Source: Armatimonadota bacterium (GTDB taxonomy: Bacteria > Sysuimicrobiota > Sysuimicrobiia > Sysuimicrobiales > Humicultoraceae). Taken from it: 12,611 nucleotides of DNA. The stretch is taken from NCBI GenBank assembly GCA_052386995.1, contig JBQTJP010000031.1, positions 1 to 12,611 on the forward strand, in the 5' to 3' direction. The translations under genes and the position numbers were made by a program. Shown here piece by piece: positions 1-6,696 of the stretch; position 1 is the first letter of the stretch, and every line of letters starts with the position of its first letter. The notes beneath the pieces are model-generated. The model was not told where the DNA came from. It ran no database searches and saw only the letters and a program-made list of their open reading frames with translations.

Positions 1-326
1 ACGCCGTCGCGGACCTTGAACGTATACGTCTTGCCTCCGTTGGAGATGCCGCCGTTGGCCAGGGTCGGCACCTCGGTCGCCAGCATGGGTTGAAACGAAC
101 CGGTGGATGACCCGCTGAAGAAGATCAGGGTCTCGTAGATGTGCCAGAGATAGACCTGCGAGCTGGCCGTGTCGTAGCCATAGGCGTAGTCCAGCGTCTC
201 CGGGTCACCGATCGTCGCGATGATCAGCGTGTCCGGATTCTTTGTGGCCTGCCCTTGCGCCGTGCCGGTGATCCCGGCGAGCATGAGTACCAGCGCCACT
301 ACCAACCACTTGCGCATGACCTTCAT
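1..326 (-). CDS. ABC transporter substrate-binding protein, family 5 (OppA/DppA-like); N-terminal part only, runs off the window edge
   Basis: Not in the ORF track. Manual translation from the ATG at 326 gives MKVMRKWLVVALVLMLAGITGTAQGQATKNPDTLIIATIGDPETLDYAYGYDTASSQVYLWHIYETLIFF...PMLATEVPTLANGGISNGGKTYTFKVRDG. This has a signal peptide and the DPETLD, IYETL and LA...S.DGKTYTFxxR-like family 5 motifs. SD AAGGAGG at 336-342. Confidence 0.92.
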   Translation of the reverse strand, partial: MKVMRKWLVVALVLMLAGITGTAQGQATKNPDTLIIATIGDPETLDYAYGYDTASSQVYLWHIYETLIFFSGSSTGSFQPMLATEVPTLANGGISNGGKTYTFKVRDG

Positions 327-442
327 CTCATCTGGCCTCCTTTTGTGATGATCGTCGCTGCTCGACACGGTGGTTCACAGCGTGTCGTCGTCCTTACCAC
401 CTCCCCACGGATCCTGGGCACCCGCGCCCGCATGGCCCGGTA

Positions 443-976
443 TTACTGTCCTACCGCTGGCCGCGGCGGGGACCCCGCGCCGCCCAGGGGGCCGTGAAAT
501 TCCACCGGCATGTGCGCAAACGCCTGCCCTTGTCTGGCCGTCACTTCCGCCAGACGGGTCCGGCGCGCGTACAGCATGATCGTGACCGTTTGGATCGAGG
601 GGTTGTCGTAGAGGGCCAACTGCGCGCCCATGCGCCCTTCGGTAGCGAGGTACTCGCGGTTCTCCTCCACGGCCCGTGCCGCATCGTAGTAGCGGGACGA
701 CACCTCCACTCGGACGGACCGCACGTCGGCATCGTACGTCGCCCGGCGAACGCTATCGTTTCCAGAAATGCTCCGCACCGCGCCCGCCACGCGCACCGCG
801 GGATCGGTCGGGTCGACGCTGGTGCGCCGCAGCCAGGCGCGGTCGAAGGCGACCAGCCCCGCGGCGACGACCAGGGCACCGACGCCCCACAGGACCAAGC
901 CGGACAGGGGCAGGGCGCGCCGTCCCGCGGGGGTGGGAGACCGCCTCCCGTGATCCGCTCCGGCCGCCACGCGCAT
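443..976 (-). CDS. Hypothetical protein (~177 aa) with one N-terminal transmembrane helix and a small soluble domain
   Basis: ATG at 976 lies 4 nt after the oppC stop (TAG GGAG ATG), suggesting coupling. Hydrophobic stretch LSGLVLWGVGALVVAAGLVAF is followed by globular-looking sequence (VRVEVSSRYYD...LALYDNPSIQTVTIMLY). The ORF-track start at 1057 overlaps oppC. Confidence 0.7.
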   Translation of the reverse strand: MRVAAGADHGRRSPTPAGRRALPLSGLVLWGVGALVVAAGLVAFDRAWLRRTSVDPTDPAVRVAGAVRSISGNDSVRRATYDADVRSVRVEVSSRYYDAARAVEENREYLATEGRMGAQLALYDNPSIQTVTIMLYARRTRLAEVTARQGQAFAHMPVEFHGPLGGAGSPPRPAVGQ

Positions 977-980
977 CTCC

Positions 981-2120
981 CTAGCCCGTCCGGTGCCGCG
1001 GGTCGAGCGCGTCGCGCAGCCCATCACCGAACAGGTTGAACGCGACGACGGCGACAATGATGAAGAACCCTGGGCTCAGTAGCCACGGTGACAGGCTGAG
1101 CGTCGGCATGTTCGAGGCGCCCGTCAGCAGGTTCCCCCACGATGAGCACGGCTCCCGCACGCCAAATCCGAAGAACGACAGCGCCGACTCACCGAGGATC
1201 GCCGCCGGGATGCCGAGCGTCGCTATGACGATGACGAGGGACGAGGTCTGCGGCAGAATGTGCCTGACGATGATGCGCAAGTCGTCCAGCCCCGCGGCTT
1301 TCGCGGCGAGAACGTACTCCTGCTCCTTCAGCGACAGGACGACGCCGCGGATAATGCGTGAAAAACCCGCCCAGCCGATGAACGACAGGATGATCGTGAT
1401 CAGGTAGAAGCGCGTCGTGCACCCGACCGCCGACGGCAGGACGGCGCTCAGTGTCAGCAACAGATAGAATTCGGGAAACGCGATGATGATCTCCGACACG
1501 CGCATCATCACGTTGTCCACCCGGCCGGCGTAGTAGCCGGAGATGCCCCCATACACCAGGCCGATGGGAATGGAGATCATCGCGGCCATGACGCCGATGG
1601 TGAGGGAGATGCGCGATCCGTAGAGAATGCGGCTGAAGAGGTCGCGTCCCGACTGATCGGTCCCCGCCAGGAAGATCCGGCCCGGCTCGTCCACCCCGAA
1701 CAGATGAAGCGACAACGGCACCAGTCCAAAGAGCCGGTAGGGCTCGCCCCGCACGAACAGACGCACGTAGTAGCGCTCGGAGGGATCCGTATCATATTTC
1801 CGGAGACCCGGATCCACAAGCGTTGTCCCGTGAACGAACGGCCGCAGGCTGAATCCCCGCGCGTCGAAGAACGTCGGACGAATAGGTGGATGGAAGAACT
1901 TGTTCCGGTCTGCGTAGTCCAGCGTGTACGGCGCCAGGAACTCGGCGAAGATGGCCATGAAATACAGGACGACGAGCACCGCCCCACCAAGGAGCGCGAT
2001 GCGATGTCTGCGCAGCTGGCGCCAGGCGAGCTGGGCGGGCGTGCGCACCTGCACAGCTTGCTTGGCGGCGCCGCCTTCCCGCGGCTGCGTCTGGACGGTG
2101 CCTACTGCCTCTCGCGCCAT
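981..2120 (-). CDS. oppC: Peptide/nickel ABC transporter permease (OppC/DppC family)
   Basis: N-terminal AWRQLRRHRIA, GTDQSGRDLFSRILYGSRISL, EAA loop EYVLAAKAAG...IIVRHILP, and C-terminal FNLFGDGLRDALDP. Confidence 0.95.
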   Translation of the reverse strand: MAREAVGTVQTQPREGGAAKQAVQVRTPAQLAWRQLRRHRIALLGGAVLVVLYFMAIFAEFLAPYTLDYADRNKFFHPPIRPTFFDARGFSLRPFVHGTTLVDPGLRKYDTDPSERYYVRLFVRGEPYRLFGLVPLSLHLFGVDEPGRIFLAGTDQSGRDLFSRILYGSRISLTIGVMAAMISIPIGLVYGGISGYYAGRVDNVMMRVSEIIIAFPEFYLLLTLSAVLPSAVGCTTRFYLITIILSFIGWAGFSRIIRGVVLSLKEQEYVLAAKAAGLDDLRIIVRHILPQTSSLVIVIATLGIPAAILGESALSFFGFGVREPCSSWGNLLTGASNMPTLSLSPWLLSPGFFIIVAVVAFNLFGDGLRDALDPRHRTG

Positions 2121-2139
2121 CGGCGGTTGCGCCTTCGGC

Positions 2140-3105
2140 TCAGTCGTAGCGAATGCGAGGGTCGCTCGCCACGAGTAGGACGTCGGCGATCAGGTTCCCC
2201 ACGATGAGCGTCACCGAGCCCACGACCAGGGAGGCCATCACGACGTACAGGTCCTTCTGAATCGTCGCGTCAACAATGAGCTTCCCGATGCCGGGCCAGC
2301 CCATGACGTTCTCGAGAATCGCCGAGCCGCCCAGCAGGCCGCCCAGGCTGAAGCCGAAGATCGTGATCAGGGGATTGATCGCGTTGCGCACCGCGTGCTT
2401 GTTTACGACGACGTTTTCGGCCAAACCCTTTGACCGCGCGGTCCGGACGTAATCGTGCCGCAGCACCTCGAGCAGGTTGGCGCGCATCTGGCGCATGAGA
2501 CCCGCGATGCCGAGCACGCTGAGGACCACGCCGGGCAGAAACAGATGGTGGCCGACGTCGAGGATCTTCCTCCACCAGGGAAAGAACTCGTAGTCGATGC
2601 TGGTCATCCCGCCGATGGGAAACCATCCGGTCACGTAGGCGAGATAGAGCAGGAACAACCCCGAGAAGAACGTGGGCGTCGAGATGCCGACGTAGGCGAA
2701 CAACGATAGCGTGTTATCGCCGGCCGTATACTGCCGTCGGGCCGCGTAGATGCCGAGCGGGATGGCGACGGCCCAGGCGATCGCGAACGACACGATGTTC
2801 AGAATCACCGAGTTCAGCAGGCGCGACCCGATCAGCCAGATGACCGGCACCTGAAACGCGAAGGAGTATCCAAAATCCAACCGCACCGCGTTCCACAGCC
2901 AGCGCAGGTACTGGATGTGCAGCGGCTGGTCGAGGCCGAAGCTCGCTCGCATCTGATCGACGGTCTGCTGGCTGACAATGGGGTTGAGCCGGATCTCGGC
3001 CAGGAAGTCCCCGGGCGAGAGCTGGATGACTATAAAGGAGAGCACCGTGATCCCGAGGATCATGGGGATCAGGTTGAAGAAACGCGTGGCGACGTGCCGG
3101 ACCAT
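2140..3105 (-). CDS. oppB: Peptide/nickel ABC transporter permease (OppB/DppB family)
   Basis: PGD...GLDQPLHIQYLRWL, DFGYS, EAA loop DYVRTARSKGL...KHAVRNA, ENVMGWPGIG, and C-terminal DPRIRY. Confidence 0.95.
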   Translation of the reverse strand: MVRHVATRFFNLIPMILGITVLSFIVIQLSPGDFLAEIRLNPIVSQQTVDQMRASFGLDQPLHIQYLRWLWNAVRLDFGYSFAFQVPVIWLIGSRLLNSVILNIVSFAIAWAVAIPLGIYAARRQYTAGDNTLSLFAYVGISTPTFFSGLFLLYLAYVTGWFPIGGMTSIDYEFFPWWRKILDVGHHLFLPGVVLSVLGIAGLMRQMRANLLEVLRHDYVRTARSKGLAENVVVNKHAVRNAINPLITIFGFSLGGLLGGSAILENVMGWPGIGKLIVDATIQKDLYVVMASLVVGSVTLIVGNLIADVLLVASDPRIRYD

Positions 3106-3119
3106 CGAAGTTAACGCCT

Positions 3120-3148
3120 GCGGGAGGGGACGAGACGTCCCCTCCCGC
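3120..3148. other. Intercistronic perfect stem-loop between the binding-protein gene and oppB
   Basis: GCGGGAGGGGACG-AGA-CGTCCCCTCCCGC, a perfect 13-bp inverted repeat. No U-tract follows it on the coding (minus) strand. Confidence 0.8.
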
Positions 3149-3156
3149 CGCGCATT

Positions 3157-4908
3157 TTACCTGTAGGGCGTCCGATAGTAGATCGTCTCGGTATCGTAGA
3201 ACGCCAGCGGCGCCGGACTGAAGTTGGCCAGCGTGTTCCGGAAGGCCGGCTGGGTGAGCGTGGTCGTGAAGTAGATGATCGGCACCTGCTCGGACACGAC
3301 CTCCTGCCAGCGGTTGTAGAGCTGCTTGCGCTTGTTCTGATCGACGGTGGTCGCGGCCTGGTCGAAGATCCGGTCGATCTCGGTCTCCCAGTCGGTGGCA
3401 GGCTTCTCCTGCTTGGGCCACCACATATGCAGTGAGCCGGTAGACTTCCAGACGTTTTGGCCGTTGTGGGGCTCCAGCCCGCCGGTGAGGCCGATGATGA
3501 TGGCCTCCCACTGGAAAGTGCCGACCAGCTTGCCCACCAGCGTGTTGAACGCCTCGGGCGCGAACGTCACGCGCATGCCGAGCTTGGTCAGGTCCTGCCG
3601 GACCAGGTTGCCGATGGCCTCGCGGTCGTTGTTGCCAGCATTGGTGGACAGCGTGAACTCGACAACGTTGCCCGCCGAATCGCGCAGAAGCCCATCGGCA
3701 CCCTTCGTGAAGCCCGCCTCGCGGAGCAGCCGTTCCGCGGCGGCGACGTCGTGATTGTACTTTCGCGTGCTCGCGTTGTAGAAGAACTTGTTCGCGGGGC
3801 TGACCGGGCTGAACTGCGGCGTGGCCCGACCCGCGTAGACCTGGCGGGCGATGCCCTCACGATCGATCGCGTGACTGACGGCCTGGCGGAACTTCACGTT
3901 CTGGAACCAGGCCAGCTTGGGTGCCCGCACGCCGGCCGGATTCTGGTTGAAGACCACGAACTCGGTCGAGAACGTGGGCGGTCCGTCGAAGATCGTAAAG
4001 TTCCCCCCCTGCTGCTGGGCCCGCAGCTCGGAAAACTCGCGAGGCCGAGCGGCATAGGAGTCGGTCTCCTTCGCCATGAACCTCAGGCGCGCCTGGTCCT
4101 GGTTGGGCACGATCTCGACGACGACCCGCGCCAGGTAGGGCAGGCGCTGGCCTTTCTTATCGACCTTCCAGTACTTCGAGTTCCGCACGAACAGGATGCG
4201 CTGCCCGGGCACGTAGGAGTGCATGACGAAGGGGCCGTTGCCGATGATCTCGCGCGGATTGGTATTGATGCCCCACGTGCGGTTGAACTCGGCGCCGCCC
4301 TTCTTCAGTGCGTCCTCGAGCTTGTGCTTGGGAAGAATCGAGAACCCGATCGTCCGCAGGAACGGCCCGAAGGGCTCGTCGGTCTTGAACTCCACCGTCG
4401 CCGCGTCGATCTTCTTGTACCCGATCTTCTTGCCCGCAATCGTCAGGATATCCCGCAGACTTGTCTGCACTCCGTCGGTGAAGGCCGCGTCCAGCGTGAA
4501 GACCACGTCATCCGCCGTCACCGGTTTGCCGTCGAACCAGTTGACGCCTTTGCGCAGTTTGAACTGCCACGTCCGCCCGTCCCGGCTCACGGTCCAGGAC
4601 TCGGCTAGGTTGGGCTCGACTTCTGTCGTGCTTCGATTCGTGTTGACCAAGCCTTCGAAAGCGTAGCCCAGCGGTCCGGTCGAGGACGTCTCCTGGGCGA
4701 CCAGAACATTGAATGTCCGCGGGTCAGAGATCGAGGTCACCACGAACGTTCCGCCGAAGCGGCCGACGTCTGGCGCCTCCACGACCGATGGATTGGGCAC
4801 GTCGGGTAGCGACGCCTTCACTTGTGTGGTTTGAGCGATCACCGGCGGGGCAATGATGAGGGATCCTGCGACCAGCATCATCAGGAACCGAGAAACGACC
4901 TGACCCAT
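3157..4908 (-). CDS. oppA: Peptide/nickel ABC transporter substrate-binding protein, family 5 (OppA/DppA-like), ~583 aa
   Basis: SDPRTFN, EPNLAESWTVSRDGRTWQFKLRKGVNWFDGKPVTADDVVFT, GNGPF, FRQAVSHAIDR. Start placed at ATG 4908 because of SD AAGGAGG at 4915-4921. Signal peptide ends around VIA-Q. Confidence 0.95.
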   Translation of the reverse strand: MGQVVSRFLMMLVAGSLIIAPPVIAQTTQVKASLPDVPNPSVVEAPDVGRFGGTFVVTSISDPRTFNVLVAQETSSTGPLGYAFEGLVNTNRSTTEVEPNLAESWTVSRDGRTWQFKLRKGVNWFDGKPVTADDVVFTLDAAFTDGVQTSLRDILTIAGKKIGYKKIDAATVEFKTDEPFGPFLRTIGFSILPKHKLEDALKKGGAEFNRTWGINTNPREIIGNGPFVMHSYVPGQRILFVRNSKYWKVDKKGQRLPYLARVVVEIVPNQDQARLRFMAKETDSYAARPREFSELRAQQQGGNFTIFDGPPTFSTEFVVFNQNPAGVRAPKLAWFQNVKFRQAVSHAIDREGIARQVYAGRATPQFSPVSPANKFFYNASTRKYNHDVAAAERLLREAGFTKGADGLLRDSAGNVVEFTLSTNAGNNDREAIGNLVRQDLTKLGMRVTFAPEAFNTLVGKLVGTFQWEAIIIGLTGGLEPHNGQNVWKSTGSLHMWWPKQEKPATDWETEIDRIFDQAATTVDQNKRKQLYNRWQEVVSEQVPIIYFTTTLTQPAFRNTLANFSPAPLAFYDTETIYYRTPYR

Positions 4909-4963
4909 AGGGGGCCTCCTTCCGGGTCCGGGCATCGGACCCAGTGGATGATCGGTGTAGTCT

Positions 4964-5002
4964 ACTATACTTCAGTATACTCCAGTGAGCAACTACTACC
5001 AA
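4964..5002 (-). promoter_or_regulatory. Two overlapping sigma70-type promoter candidates for the opp cluster
   Basis: Minus strand: TTGCTC (4992-4987), 17 nt, TATAGT (4969-4964); and TTGGTA (5002-4997), 17 nt, TATACT (4979-4974). They lie in an AT-rich intergenic patch. Confidence 0.65.
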
Positions 5003-5039
5003 ACCTACGCCATTCTGGGGCAATTTCCTCCCACTAGGT

Positions 5040-6620
5040 CTACGCGGACAACTGCGAAAGGGTTCTGGCTACCTGACCGAAGGCCAGTGCCACGGAGGTC
5101 CCAAATACCACGGACATGACCAGGGCTCCGAGCTGTAGGCTGCTCAGCGCCTCGGTACGCCGCAGGCGAAGCCAGCCCCACGTGAGGACGAGAAGACAGG
5201 CGGCGGCCGCAACTGGCAACCTGGGAATGAGCGGAAGTACGGTTGTGGCCAGCCCCTGGCAGGCGAGCGCGAGGGCAAGAGTGGCGACGCCGGCCCTGGT
5301 TCCGGAGGCCGCGAGCCACAGCCACGGTCGTGTGTCCGCAAGCACCGCCCGCCCCACAACCATCGCGACGGTGGTGACCAAGGTGGTGAACAGGGTCACC
5401 ATAACCGAATAGGGAAGCGTGCCCACCACGGCGGTGAGCGCGAAGGCCGCGGCCTCCAGGGGGCGGGAGACGTCGAGCTCTGGAATATCCAGGAGGAACC
5501 GCTGCACGACCGGCCTCAGCGTCGACGCCAGGTGCAACGTGAACCGCCCGCCTGGGGCAACCTCCAGCCACCCGGCGGTGAGGGCGCTGCCGGGGCCCGC
5601 GGCGAGGACGGGCAGAGCCGATGCCGTGAGCGTGTAGGTGAGCCGGCGCTCGGTGAGTTCGGTGCCGGCTTGGATGCCCACGTAGATCTCGGGGTTGCGC
5701 GAGCGACCGGACCGCCGGTCGGCCCACGCGAAGGCCGCGGCGCCGCGCCAGGGTACGGCGGTCGCTCCGCCAGCGAAGGGCGAACCAGGTGCGACGACGC
5801 GCCGTGGTGACGGTCTGCCGTCCGGCCTTACATCGAGGTGGGAGAGGCGGCCGACGGCGGGACCAAACCCACGCTGCTCCGTGCCGAATACCACGTAAAG
5901 CCGTCCGGCTGCATCATGCGCCGCCGCTGGTGCCTGCAAACGCGCAGTCGCCAGATTCCCGGTGAGGATGTGAATCGAACGTACCCCGGCGCGCATGGAC
6001 GCGGCAACTAGGCGGTACGTGTCGAAACCGACGCGCTGCCACCACACGATCCACGGCCCAGCGGGACCCACCGCCACGGTTGGTGCGTCTCCCTCAGCGA
6101 CTTCGGCGGGCGGCTGACCGGGGTCCTGGTACCAGATCGAGCGTCGACCGGCCGATGCCTGGCTCCAGGCCGCATGCGAGCCCGCCGAGGGTGCCAGCGA
6201 CACCGGGCCGGCGTCTTCGACCGCGTCGGAGAGCGCCAGTGGCGCAGCTGCGGCGCTCTCACCGATACGGGTCGACAGCACCCTCATGTTCTCGCCCGAC
6301 GGCGCGACCCACACAACGCGGACGCCGGCGCCGTCAACCGCGGCAGCAACAGAGCGCGCGCGCAAATCGGCCTCGCCGAGCGTCACCGGCCCGGCGATGA
6401 TGCGGCCATCGAGGCCGGCAGTGACCCAACGTAGGATGCCTCCTCCGGCCTCGCGGTCGATGAAGAACACCTGCACGCGATCGGCGGGATCGACGACCAA
6501 TGCGGGCCGAGCCTCTACCGCGGTCGTTCCAATGGACACGGCACGCGACCAGCCCAGGTCTGCCACTGCGGGCTCGGTCGCGGCGGCCGCGGCGAGGCCG
6601 CAGGTCAGCGCGGCGACCAC
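5040..6620 (-). CDS. Hypothetical exported/membrane protein: signal or anchor, beta-rich repeat domain, about 4-5 C-terminal transmembrane helices
   Basis: A long open frame fills the gap between pcrA and oppA. Hydrophobic N-terminus (GLIAAGVVAALTCGLAAAAA), recurring strands (RVQVFF, RVVWV, HAAWS, WIVWW, LYVVF, AFAWAD, TAGWLE) and a hydrophobic C-terminus. The start is uncertain: GTG at 6620 is the first canonical start after the pcrA stop, and the ORF-track start at 6914 lies inside pcrA. Confidence 0.7.
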   Translation of the reverse strand: MVAALTCGLAAAAATEPAVADLGWSRAVSIGTTAVEARPALVVDPADRVQVFFIDREAGGGILRWVTAGLDGRIIAGPVTLGEADLRARSVAAAVDGAGVRVVWVAPSGENMRVLSTRIGESAAAAPLALSDAVEDAGPVSLAPSAGSHAAWSQASAGRRSIWYQDPGQPPAEVAEGDAPTVAVGPAGPWIVWWQRVGFDTYRLVAASMRAGVRSIHILTGNLATARLQAPAAAHDAAGRLYVVFGTEQRGFGPAVGRLSHLDVRPDGRPSPRRVVAPGSPFAGGATAVPWRGAAAFAWADRRSGRSRNPEIYVGIQAGTELTERRLTYTLTASALPVLAAGPGSALTAGWLEVAPGGRFTLHLASTLRPVVQRFLLDIPELDVSRPLEAAAFALTAVVGTLPYSVMVTLFTTLVTTVAMVVGRAVLADTRPWLWLAASGTRAGVATLALALACQGLATTVLPLIPRLPVAAAACLLVLTWGWLRLRRTEALSSLQLGALVMSVVFGTSVALAFGQVARTLSQLSA

Positions 6621-6696
6621 TCCCGCAGCGATGAGGCCGGCTGTGAAGCCAGATGGACGGTCAGATATACGGCTCGCGAGAACGCGACGGATGCCC

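Noticed and set aside
3457..4608. 383-aa plus-strand ORF and the other plus-strand ORFs in the track
   Set aside because: They lie opposite well-supported minus-strand genes and have Arg/Gly/Pro-rich, non-protein-like composition.
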